Below, in pieces: positions 46,569 through 55,610 of a stretch of 64,000 bases of DNA (positions are counted from its first letter, which is position 1; the number at the start of each line of letters is the position of its first letter). The stretch is from an uncultured virus (IMG/VR IMGVR_UViG_3300042865_001090). Taxonomy: Duplodnaviria > Heunggongvirae > Uroviricota > Caudoviricetes. A program made the position numbers and the translations under genes. Under the pieces are notes generated by a model, which worked only from the letters and a program-made list of their open reading frames with translations, was not told the origin of the DNA and did not search any database. The stretch lies in the IMG/VR virus record IMGVR_UViG_3300042865_001090, one strand, 5' to 3'.

Positions 46569-47087
46569 TTATTTAGCCTTTCGTACGATAATGCTTGTTT
46601 TGGATTCGCTCACTTCACAAAAGCTATCTGCAGATACTCCAATTTTGGCAAGTTCTTTTATTCGCCAGTATGAAACTGCTGCAAAGTCGAGCATTTTTAC
46701 CATCATGTCCTGTGGGGTCATGATTACCTCTCCAGTATCAAGGTCAACCGCCATGTCATTGATTCGACTAGCAACATTCTTTGCAAGGCCTTCGTGGTCC
46801 CACTTCTTCCTGTCAGAACCACCCTTTTTCTCGATTAAACTTCCGTCGCTAGATGACACTTCTGGGACGTTGGCCATTTTGCCAATCATGGAATGACAAA
46901 CCGAGTCGTACATAACTGACATTTCTGCCTTAAGAGCATGAACGCTCACCATTGCATCAGCGACTTCGGAAAGCGGTTCATCGCTCAAACACATTTCCTT
47001 GAACAATTTATCCAAAGTCATGAAGTCCCCTGTCATTTTTGCGACAAGTTCTTTAAACTCGGACGTAGTGATGTTTTCGTTACTCAT
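46569..47087 (-). CDS. hypothetical protein of the recombination operon
   Basis: DRKKWDH, DLDTGEV, YWRIKEL..IGV.AD.FCE. Confidence 0.6.
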   Translation of the reverse strand: MSNENITTSEFKELVAKMTGDFMTLDKLFKEMCLSDEPLSEVADAMVSVHALKAEMSVMYDSVCHSMIGKMANVPEVSSSDGSLIEKKGGSDRKKWDHEGLAKNVASRINDMAVDLDTGEVIMTPQDMMVKMLDFAAVSYWRIKELAKIGVSADSFCEVSESKTSIIVRKAK

Positions 47088-47116
47088 ATATACCCCTTGC
47101 TCTAGTTGATACTTTG

Positions 47117-48421
47117 TCAGATGATTATAGACACCGGACGCCGCTGCGGCAACCCCAAGCCAGCTAAAAATGAAAAAGCTCCAACCGCCGAGTCCACCTG
47201 GTCGTCGTGGTCACAGGCCTCAGGGAAGGATGAAAATTCGTCGAACCAGTCGGTTAGCCATGAGCCTCGCACGACACGGACATTGCCATTTGCAACCGCT
47301 GCGGAAAAGGGTCGGGAACGGGTTAGCTTGTCTCCAGTGGAGCGTATTCCTTGAAAATCATACCCAGGAACGACATATCGGGCATATTGGTCAACTAGAG
47401 CCTTTCCAGACGAACCCGGTTCTTGCTCCATCCTGATTGCAACAGAGTGACCATCTTCATAAGCTGTTTGCGCAATTAGCTGTTCTACTTTTTCGTTTTT
47501 AACTCTCTGTCTGCGCACATCCAGAACATAGGCAATGCCCTGGTCGAAAAGCATCAGTGTTCCAACGGTGTAGTCGGGGTTCGGATTGCTAGACGATGGC
47601 TCGGTGGCCGCCAAGTCCCAGAATCTCACGGCACGTGCAGATGACAACACCTGTGGAACTTCAGAGGAATCAATAACAACAAAATTAGTTCTATCAAAAA
47701 GAGTTCCTAAAGTAGTAGCCCACCAGTCGCCCATCTCGAGCCTTCTGCGCTCAATCGGGTCCAGGGCGGACAGGGCCTGACGATATGAGTCAGCATCGAT
47801 TCCGGGGTTGTCAGTAAGCATCGACGGAACGAAAATCCTCCCAGAATCCGCTCCCTCCACGATGAATCTTTGTCTGACCCAGTTGGGTGCTGGGTTTGAA
47901 GCCGCCCTCATCCTCAGCGGAACCTTGGAAAGCTCGCCTGTTGCTGGTCGGCGCAAGCGAGAGAACAGGTATCGATAATCAGATTCCCTGATTTCGGTCA
48001 CCTCATCCATTCCAATAAATTGAAATTCCGAACCTTTATATCGAAGGTAGTCATTGGTGTTGTTCAGATACCCGAATGATATTCGAGCCCCAGACGGAAA
48101 GGTGGCTACATAGGTGCTGCCATTCCAATGGACTTCGTCATAATTTGAAATCCATGAGCGGAATCGGTCCATTAGGGCGCCAGGGAGCGCGAGGTCTGCG
48201 TAAGTCTTTCTAAAGAGAATCGCTGAATACCCAGGGATGTCAACGTATTGCATGGCCGACATAAGTAGGGCTGAACTCTTGCCTCCGCCAGCAGCCCCAC
48301 CGAATAATGCCTCTATAGAGTAAGAACGCAAAAATACTTTCTGAGTTATGGATGGCGCCTCAGGACAATAAAGCGGTTCCTTCGGTTTTAGATATTCGAG
48401 AACTTTGTCCCAATTCGTCAT
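47117..48421 (-). CDS. terL: terminase large subunit
   Basis: Walker A FGGAAGGGKS, Walker B IGMDE, ASNP motif III, RFWDLAA and HDDQVDS nuclease motifs. Confidence 0.92.
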   Translation of the reverse strand: MTNWDKVLEYLKPKEPLYCPEAPSITQKVFLRSYSIEALFGGAAGGGKSSALLMSAMQYVDIPGYSAILFRKTYADLALPGALMDRFRSWISNYDEVHWNGSTYVATFPSGARISFGYLNNTNDYLRYKGSEFQFIGMDEVTEIRESDYRYLFSRLRRPATGELSKVPLRMRAASNPAPNWVRQRFIVEGADSGRIFVPSMLTDNPGIDADSYRQALSALDPIERRRLEMGDWWATTLGTLFDRTNFVVIDSSEVPQVLSSARAVRFWDLAATEPSSSNPNPDYTVGTLMLFDQGIAYVLDVRRQRVKNEKVEQLIAQTAYEDGHSVAIRMEQEPGSSGKALVDQYARYVVPGYDFQGIRSTGDKLTRSRPFSAAVANGNVRVVRGSWLTDWFDEFSSFPEACDHDDQVDSAVGAFSFLAGLGLPQRRPVSIII

Positions 48422-48500
48422 TTATAAGCCTGCTCTCTGCCGAGAATGATAAACCATACTAGTATTAAATTATGCAATGTTCTGTTTTTGATGAGGAGAC

Positions 48501-48665
48501 ATGAAAATAGTACAATGGTTTACTAGGGCAAGAGCTGCCAATCTCCTTATGGGGTCATTTATAATTATGACTACAACAGGTGCGTTTATTTTTAGCATTC
48601 CGGTCGGATTCTTAGTGGCTGGCGTGTGCTGTGGGGCTGTTGGCCTGCTGCTCGGACTGGATTAA
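48501..48665 (+). CDS. 54-aa membrane protein upstream of portal (not in the ORF track)
   Basis: GAGGAG SD; MKIVQWFTRARAANLLMGSFIIMTTTGAFIFSIPVGFLVAGVCCGAVGLLLGLD, two hydrophobic segments. Confidence 0.7.
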   Translation: MKIVQWFTRARAANLLMGSFIIMTTTGAFIFSIPVGFLVAGVCCGAVGLLLGLD

Positions 48666-48674
48666 TCATAAAAC

Positions 48675-50963
48675 ATGGCTTGGAACTCAACCAATAACAA
48701 ATCTGCTTCATCGTCAGGGCAAAAGTCCGCTATTGGACCTGGCGCCCCAGTTGCATACAACACCGGTCTTCAAGGTAAACCCTATAGGGACTCTTGGGAT
48801 ATCGAACGTGCATACAGAGAGGGAATGCAGAAGGTCACATGGGTTAATAGGTGTATTGACGCAATAGCAGGGAACCAAGCAAGACTTCCAGCAATACTCC
48901 GCGAAGACAATTCTCCAGACGGAAAAATTGTAACAAATAACAGAGACCATAAAATTCTCAATTTGCTAAACACTAAAGCAAATATTGGCGAAAACTCTTT
49001 TGTATTCAGATACAGGCTTTCTTCTCAGCTACTCATGTCAACCAGGGGTGCATTTATTGAGAAGGTTAGAGGGAGAAATGGTGGAGTCATAGCGCTACAC
49101 CTTCTTCCACCGCAACACACATCCCCAATTCCAGATGCAAAAAATTTCATTGCAGGTTTTGAAGTGGACATGCGGAACGGCACTAAAGCAATTCTAAAAC
49201 CGCAAGATGTCATATGGATTCGCAAGCCTCACCCCCTAGACCCATATCTGTCACTGACTCCACTTGAATCAGCTGGTGTCGCTATTGAAATAGAAAATCT
49301 TTCAAAAATTTATAACAGGAATTTCCTGCTCAACGACGGCAGGCCGGGTGGTTTGCTTGTTGTGCGAGGGGAAATAGATGACGACGACAAAGATGAATTG
49401 CGTAGTCGTTTCCGTGGAAATATAAATCGCGCCGGTGCAGTGACTGTCGTCTCATCAGACGAAGGTGTCGACTATGTGGATACTGGCTCAAATCCTCGTG
49501 ACGCCAACTACATCCAGATGCGACAAATCACCAAAGAAGAAATTCTTGCTTCCTTCGGAGTTCCAGAGTCAGTCATCGGCAATGCATCAGGAAGAACCTT
49601 CAGTAATGCCGCAGAAGAGCATCGAGTGTTTTGGAATGAAACAATGCTGCCGCACATGGAGCTGATTGGGCGCGGCCTAGATGAGCTAGATGATGAGTAC
49701 TACATTGACTTTGACACTTCGGAAGTTCCAATTCTTGTTCTTTACAAGCAAGAAAGAGAACGTTATTTGCTTGATGAATTTCAGAACGGTCTCATTAGTG
49801 GAAATGAATACAGAAGAGAAACGGGTCGAAAGAAAATTGATTCCGACCTAATGCAAGCAATGCTTGCCAATCCAAACCTCACGCCGATTGGATACACCGA
49901 TAAGAAGTTTGATTCAACACAACAGGCAGCACAAATGGCGGCTGCGGGTGGCGCGCAGCCGGGAATGCCCGGTGTTGCGGCGGCAGGAATGGTTCCAGAT
50001 GGACAACCACCAGCACCCGGACAAGAACCCACAGGGCAACCAGAACAGCCGGCTGCGCCAGGTGAGATACCTGCTCAATTAGTTAATTTTAATGAAAAAC
50101 CGAGCACCATGACTGAAGCGCTTGCCGCAGAAGGACAGGGGCAGCAGCAACCAGTGATGGCTTCGCCGACCGCACTATCAGCGTTTGATAACGGAATGCA
50201 GTTCAAGTCTGCCAATAAAGAACTTTCTGAGTGGGAGCAAAAAGCCGTTGAAAACGCGGACCGATGGGTTGAAATTCTTGATAGAAATGTTGAAAGATTC
50301 ATGGAGCGACAGCAGCGTGTCGTGATGGAAAAAGCTTCTGGAGCAAAATCAAAAAAACTAATCACCTCTGGCACCTTGACTGTAGAAAACATCTTTGATG
50401 AGCAGGTCTGGAATAAGCAGCTTGAAGAAGATGTAAAGCCAGTTATCGCAGGTATTTCTGCTGATGCCACGCGATTGGTGAGCGAACAAGCAGGAATGCC
50501 CGCGGACGAAAACTCAGAAGAAATGCAACAAGATATCGAATCGCAGATGGAGCGAATGAAGAAAATAAATTCAACAACCAAAGATGAAATAGCTTCAGCA
50601 ATTCTTATCGCTCTTGCTCTTGCAGATGACGAGGATAGGGTTGGAATGTTGAAAGCAGCCTTGCTCGCAATATTCATGAACCTGCTTTCGAAGCGCCGCA
50701 GGATAATCGCGGAACATGAGTCCCAAACTGCCTATAACTCTGGCGTTTATCATGCTGCCAAAGGGATAGGCGCATCGACGAAGACCTGGATTGCAAATAA
50801 GGATGCTCAGGTCAGGCCGGAACATAGATTGCTCGACGGAAATACAACATCGATTGATTCGGCGTTTAGTGTTTCAGGCAAGGACATTAGATTCCCAGGA
50901 GACCCACTGGCTCCGCCGCACCTAACAATTAACTGCAGGTGCAGACTGTCGTTCTCAATCTGA
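48675..50963 (+). CDS. HK97-type portal protein fused to a MuF/gp7-like head morphogenesis domain
   Basis: VNRCIDAIA, GLTP-like SLTPLESA, NDGRPGG, EILASFGVP, NEYRR; C-terminal KTW...D..VRPEH...FPGDP...INCRC. Confidence 0.88.
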   Translation: MAWNSTNNKSASSSGQKSAIGPGAPVAYNTGLQGKPYRDSWDIERAYREGMQKVTWVNRCIDAIAGNQARLPAILREDNSPDGKIVTNNRDHKILNLLNTKANIGENSFVFRYRLSSQLLMSTRGAFIEKVRGRNGGVIALHLLPPQHTSPIPDAKNFIAGFEVDMRNGTKAILKPQDVIWIRKPHPLDPYLSLTPLESAGVAIEIENLSKIYNRNFLLNDGRPGGLLVVRGEIDDDDKDELRSRFRGNINRAGAVTVVSSDEGVDYVDTGSNPRDANYIQMRQITKEEILASFGVPESVIGNASGRTFSNAAEEHRVFWNETMLPHMELIGRGLDELDDEYYIDFDTSEVPILVLYKQERERYLLDEFQNGLISGNEYRRETGRKKIDSDLMQAMLANPNLTPIGYTDKKFDSTQQAAQMAAAGGAQPGMPGVAAAGMVPDGQPPAPGQEPTGQPEQPAAPGEIPAQLVNFNEKPSTMTEALAAEGQGQQQPVMASPTALSAFDNGMQFKSANKELSEWEQKAVENADRWVEILDRNVERFMERQQRVVMEKASGAKSKKLITSGTLTVENIFDEQVWNKQLEEDVKPVIAGISADATRLVSEQAGMPADENSEEMQQDIESQMERMKKINSTTKDEIASAILIALALADDEDRVGMLKAALLAIFMNLLSKRRRIIAEHESQTAYNSGVYHAAKGIGASTKTWIANKDAQVRPEHRLLDGNTTSIDSAFSVSGKDIRFPGDPLAPPHLTINCRCRLSFSI

Positions 50964-51047
50964 CTTTACTAAAACTCGAGAATAGTTTCGCCAGAACTGT
51001 CTCATAATTGTTTATCATTGGATAAACACTATGGAAAGCGCCACAAC

Positions 51048-53663
51048 ATGAGCAATATTGCCAATGACTTTACTGAAACTCAATACAAAGCGATTCCTGG
51101 GCAAATCAACACGATTGAATCAAAGGGAATAGTTGAGTGTTTTGTTGCGGGCATTGGCAATAAGGACAGCGTAGGGGACATATGCCTACCTGGTTGCTTC
51201 AATGGCTCTCTTGGACGACGCAAGCCTCGCGTTGTATGGGGCCACAACTGGAACGAACCAATTGGAAAAGTTCTTGAAATTTACGAAGTTGGACCAAACG
51301 ACCCACGTCTTCCAGCGAAGATGAAAGCCAATGGTATTGGTGGTTTGTTTGCCAAAGTACAGTTCAACCTTGCTTCAGAGCGTGGTCGCGAAGCATTTGC
51401 AAACGTAAAATTTTTTGGTGAAGAGCAAGAGTGGTCAATTGGCTACAAGACTTTGGACGCAGTATTCGACACAACAAAGCAAGCCAACATGCTCAAAGAA
51501 GTTGAACTATACGAAGTCAGCCCTGTATTGCATGGAGCAAATCAGCTCACAGGAACAATTTCAATCAAGTCAGATAAGCAAAACGAAGAAGTCAAGGGCG
51601 GACCTTGTTGGGATGGCTACAAGCAAGTTGGGATGAAGAGGGGCAAGAATGGAAATATGGTTCCAAACTGTGTTCCCATTGAGGAAAAAGGAGAAAAGCT
51701 CAGGGACCCAAAGGGCGGCCTTACTGCTGCTGGTCGCGCACACTTCAAGCGCACGGAAGGGGCAAATCTGAAGCCAGGAGTTAAGGGAGCAGCAAATACG
51801 CCAGAAAAAATGCGCAGAAAAGGTTCTTTCCTAACTCGCTTCTTCACTAATCCATCTGGACCAATGAAGGATGAAAAGGGTCGCCCAACACGCCTTGCGC
51901 TTTCTGCAGCCGCATGGGGTGAGCCGGTGCCACAGGATACTTCTGATGCAGCAAAACTCGCAGCGAAAGGACGTCGCATGCTTGAGCGTTATGAGAATTC
52001 AAAGAAGAAGTCGAGTGAGGTTGAGATTGAAGAAAAAAATATTTCAATCTATTCCATCGCGAACCCATCCGAAAATCCAACAATGGGAAGAATGGGTTCA
52101 ATCGCAAAGGCAATTTCAACTCACTTTGGTGGTGAAGTCGCTGTCCGCGAAGCAGACAGCAACAACGTCGTGTTTGACCTCATGAAAGACGGAATGGTTG
52201 AGACAATGCGCGCTGCGTACCACACACAAAATGAGTCAGATTTTATGTTTGGCCCAGCCCAAAAGGTTAGAGTCGAAACGATTTATCTTCCAGTTGATTC
52301 AAACGGAGAAACATCCGGAGCACCAATACCAAAAAGCCCGAACATGCTCGCCGCGCCAAAGCCGGGAGGGTGCGGATGTGGCGGAGCGTGCGGTGGAAAG
52401 TCTGACCCATTTTCAAGTTGGGAAGAGTTCAAGAACGACAACCCGGGTGTCCATCTTTTCATCAAGACAGAAAACATGGAGATGTACGAAGTAGCGAACA
52501 ACGTTTCCGAGTATCACGGTTTTGACATTGAGCTACTCGCCGATGGATTTGTTGTTCCAAACATCGATTGGTATGAAAAAGACGCGCGAGATGCTGTGAT
52601 AACAGCAATTGAGAACGTTGAACAAAAGGCCATTGCAAGAGCCGCGCGCAGCGCTCGTGGTGTTGGTCGTTCGGCAAGAAGAATGGTTAATCCATCAGAG
52701 TTCGATGGAGATGGTGACGGATTCAGAACTGGGCGCGATGGCAGGGACAATGTTCCATACAAGAAGCCAAAGGCACCAAAGATGATGCCACCACGAACCG
52801 TTCCTCAAGAAATTCCAGAACGAGAAGAAAAACCACTTAGAATCCCTAAGCCAAACGAAATCCCTCGGCCGGCACCAGCACCACAGCCGGCTCCCGCACC
52901 AGCTCCCGCTCCGTCGGTCCCACAGAGAGTTCCGGAAAGACCCGGAATTCCCGCAACCATTACGGGTCGCACAAGAGGAGCTTCTGCCCTGAGGGCCGGA
53001 AAACTGGATTCCGCTATTTACAAGGAAAGAATGGCTGGAGCCTCCCTTGAGGATGTAGCAAAAAAATACGGTGTTGAAAGAATTGACGTTCGTCGAGCCG
53101 AACAGCGCCATATGCAAAAAATGAGGGCCGCAAAACAGAAACGTTCATCAATCCTGCAACAACTAAGAGACATGCAGGACGACCCGAGCATGCCTTCTGG
53201 TGTGCCGGAGAGGGCTAAAGAACGAGCCATATCCATGATTGCAGAGCAAAACAGTATGACGCCTGCTGGCGTTCGCAGGGCCATCAGAAGAGAGCTCGCT
53301 GCAGAAAGAATGACTCAAGCAGCAAATCAAATGAGAGGCAGAAGAAAGTCTCTTTCCTCTGTCTATGTTTCGGTGTCTGAAGGTAACGACATATCCGTTA
53401 AAACTGCCCTGCAAAGCACGGTTGACGACTCGGTACTTATCAAGGTTGAGCCCCAATTCGTATCGCAAGTAAAACAAGCGGTTGACACTGTTGCCGAATA
53501 CCACGGCGTGCGTATTTCTCGTGCCGAAAATGGAATTAACGTATTCGGAGCGCATGAATTGAATGACGACTCGATTGAGGCTATTTCTCGCGCGATATAT
53601 GCGTCGTATGTGGATAGCAATATTGAAGACATCGAAATGGACAGAATTTTCTCGAAGAGATAA
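51048..53663 (+). CDS. HK97-family prohead protease with a long multi-module C-terminal extension
   Basis: GNKDSVGD, WGHNW..PIG, WSIGY, ELYEVSPVLHGAN; then CWDGY..VPNCVP, DPKGGLTAAGR module, DGDGDG, Pro-rich linker, HTH-like segments. Confidence 0.85.
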   Translation: MSNIANDFTETQYKAIPGQINTIESKGIVECFVAGIGNKDSVGDICLPGCFNGSLGRRKPRVVWGHNWNEPIGKVLEIYEVGPNDPRLPAKMKANGIGGLFAKVQFNLASERGREAFANVKFFGEEQEWSIGYKTLDAVFDTTKQANMLKEVELYEVSPVLHGANQLTGTISIKSDKQNEEVKGGPCWDGYKQVGMKRGKNGNMVPNCVPIEEKGEKLRDPKGGLTAAGRAHFKRTEGANLKPGVKGAANTPEKMRRKGSFLTRFFTNPSGPMKDEKGRPTRLALSAAAWGEPVPQDTSDAAKLAAKGRRMLERYENSKKKSSEVEIEEKNISIYSIANPSENPTMGRMGSIAKAISTHFGGEVAVREADSNNVVFDLMKDGMVETMRAAYHTQNESDFMFGPAQKVRVETIYLPVDSNGETSGAPIPKSPNMLAAPKPGGCGCGGACGGKSDPFSSWEEFKNDNPGVHLFIKTENMEMYEVANNVSEYHGFDIELLADGFVVPNIDWYEKDARDAVITAIENVEQKAIARAARSARGVGRSARRMVNPSEFDGDGDGFRTGRDGRDNVPYKKPKAPKMMPPRTVPQEIPEREEKPLRIPKPNEIPRPAPAPQPAPAPAPAPSVPQRVPERPGIPATITGRTRGASALRAGKLDSAIYKERMAGASLEDVAKKYGVERIDVRRAEQRHMQKMRAAKQKRSSILQQLRDMQDDPSMPSGVPERAKERAISMIAEQNSMTPAGVRRAIRRELAAERMTQAANQMRGRRKSLSSVYVSVSEGNDISVKTALQSTVDDSVLIKVEPQFVSQVKQAVDTVAEYHGVRISRAENGINVFGAHELNDDSIEAISRAIYASYVDSNIEDIEMDRIFSKR

Positions 53664-53666
53664 TTC

Positions 53667-54038
53667 ATGGCTTCAGATTTTTTAAGTCACCTTGCTCGAT
53701 TGCGCGACAGCGCCATAGTGAATCACGACATGAAGTCTGTCAATAAATATAATGATGCAATCGACGACTTTTTGGAACTTAGCAAAAAACAAGAAAATTC
53801 GATTGCTCCTCGAACGGCAAAAAAGAAGTCATCGCGCTTCACTGTTAGCAAGCGGAGACCAAACGTCAGCCGTGAATCCTCTTCTATGGGTTATGCTAAA
53901 CCTATACATAATCAACGGATTTTAAGTAAATACAACTGCATGGTTACCGGAGAAAAGCGCATGAATCCATGCGCTGGCTGTAGTAACGTACAAGGTTGTA
54001 TTTCCAATTCAATGCAGTACAAGGAGCACCAAGCATGA
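53667..54038 (+). CDS. hypothetical protein with a C-terminal Cys cluster
   Basis: CMVTGE...CAGC...GC, similar to CGFDRK...CDSCPGGC in the next gene. Confidence 0.55.
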   Translation: MASDFLSHLARLRDSAIVNHDMKSVNKYNDAIDDFLELSKKQENSIAPRTAKKKSSRFTVSKRRPNVSRESSSMGYAKPIHNQRILSKYNCMVTGEKRMNPCAGCSNVQGCISNSMQYKEHQA

Positions 54039-55540
54039 GCGAAAAAGCAGCAGTCGTAAAGTTGAATGCTGACGGCGAAGTTGTTAGTTGCGCCAAAGGC
54101 CTCGGCTCGGATGAGTGTGGATACACGCCAGGCGCAAAAGTTTGTGGAAAGTGCGGAGCAATGGCTGTCTCTGTAAAGAAGAAAGAAGATGTTGACGTTA
54201 AGGCCGCCAAGAAAAACATGCTAAACATGGCCGCAATGGATTCTGACCTGGATGAAGAAATGTCCATGGAAGATGAAGAAAAAGATGACGACATGGAAGA
54301 CATGGAGCTCGTTGATGACGAAGAGGACATGGATGAAGAGGACATGGACGACGAAGACGACGAAGACATGGCCGCAGATGACGACGAAGAAGACGAAGAC
54401 ATGGAAGACCTTGACGGCAAAATGTATGATGATGAATCAGTAGACGAAATGTTCGTCCGTCGTTCTGCGCCAAAGAAGAAAAAGAAAGGCGCCATGATGA
54501 TGGGGCCAGACGCTGAAGTAGAACTAGACGAAGACGAAAAAGACATGGATGGCATGTACTCAGATGAATCTTCAGTTCGCAAAAAGATGCGCAGACGCAG
54601 ACTCGGAACAATGGGGTACAAGTCAGCAGATTTTGACGACAACGCATTCGTTTGTGGATTCGACCGCAAGGTCTACCCAGGCGGCGCAAATGTTTGCGAT
54701 AGCTGCCCAGGCGGTTGTGTTTCCGAAAAGGGAATGCCAGCCCTGATTGAAATTGAAGGCATGGCAGAAGACATGTTTAGAGGCAAGGTTCTCGATTCTG
54801 GATATTCAGATGAAGCAGACCTGTTTATAGTTGATGTTGAGAGAAAAGACGGAAAGCCAGTCGAGGTGTTCTTCGATGGTTCAACCGGCGAAGTCATGGG
54901 CTGGCACATGCTCACTCAGGATGTCGTGCAGGTTAAGTCTGCGCTGCAAAACAAGGTGATGATTAGCTTTGGTGAAGCAGCAGATATTGCTGTTAAATCG
55001 GTTGAAGGTGACATCATTGCTGTTGAACCAGATGTTTTTGAGGGATTTGATGTTTACGCAGTAGAAATCGAGGGCCTCAATGGCAAGTCGTATGACGTGT
55101 TTGTTGGGCTCGATGGTGAAGTGCTTGGATACGATGAGTATACGCAGGAAGAAGCTTCAGAGATTGAAGCCGAAGCGGCGGAAATTGCGCTGAAGCGTGC
55201 CTACTCGGAAGATTCGCGCACATCAATGGCTCAAGCCGGGCAGGCACTTGCAGATGGTTCATTCCCAATCAAGGATGAAGCAGACTTGAAGAATGCAATC
55301 CAGGCTTACGGTCGCGCAAAAGACAAGACAGCAGCAAAAGCTCATATCATGAAGAGAGCTGTTGACCTTGGCATGGAAGAAATGATTCCTTTGAGCTGGG
55401 TCTCCAAGGAAGATATGGACAAAGCCAAAAAGGACTACGCTGCTGAAGAGAAGTCAGAAGTGACGGATTTCTTGTCAAACTTGATGGAATTCGAAATGCT
55501 TTCCATCGAAGAGGAAATCAACGAACCAAAACCTGAATAG
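54035..55540 (+). CDS. acidic head-associated protein: Zn ribbons, Asp/Glu tract, two PepSY-like domains
   Basis: AAGGAG SD; CGKCGA; EAADIAVKSVEGDIIAVE...YAVEIEG..GKSYDVFV..DGEVL PepSY pattern; ALADGSFPI...NAIQAYGRA module. Confidence 0.65.
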   Translation: MSEKAAVVKLNADGEVVSCAKGLGSDECGYTPGAKVCGKCGAMAVSVKKKEDVDVKAAKKNMLNMAAMDSDLDEEMSMEDEEKDDDMEDMELVDDEEDMDEEDMDDEDDEDMAADDDEEDEDMEDLDGKMYDDESVDEMFVRRSAPKKKKKGAMMMGPDAEVELDEDEKDMDGMYSDESSVRKKMRRRRLGTMGYKSADFDDNAFVCGFDRKVYPGGANVCDSCPGGCVSEKGMPALIEIEGMAEDMFRGKVLDSGYSDEADLFIVDVERKDGKPVEVFFDGSTGEVMGWHMLTQDVVQVKSALQNKVMISFGEAADIAVKSVEGDIIAVEPDVFEGFDVYAVEIEGLNGKSYDVFVGLDGEVLGYDEYTQEEASEIEAEAAEIALKRAYSEDSRTSMAQAGQALADGSFPIKDEADLKNAIQAYGRAKDKTAAKAHIMKRAVDLGMEEMIPLSWVSKEDMDKAKKDYAAEEKSEVTDFLSNLMEFEMLSIEEEINEPKPE

Positions 55541-55610
55541 GCTAATATGGTTGTTGTTCCATAACTTCGTTAGGTGATTGCGGTATCTGTTTGCCGCCTA
55601 GGAGCAACAA

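Noticed and set aside
54240..54560. GAC/GAA/GAT low-complexity repeat and long antisense poly-Ser ORFs
   Set aside because: Explained by the Asp/Glu tract of the plus-strand protein
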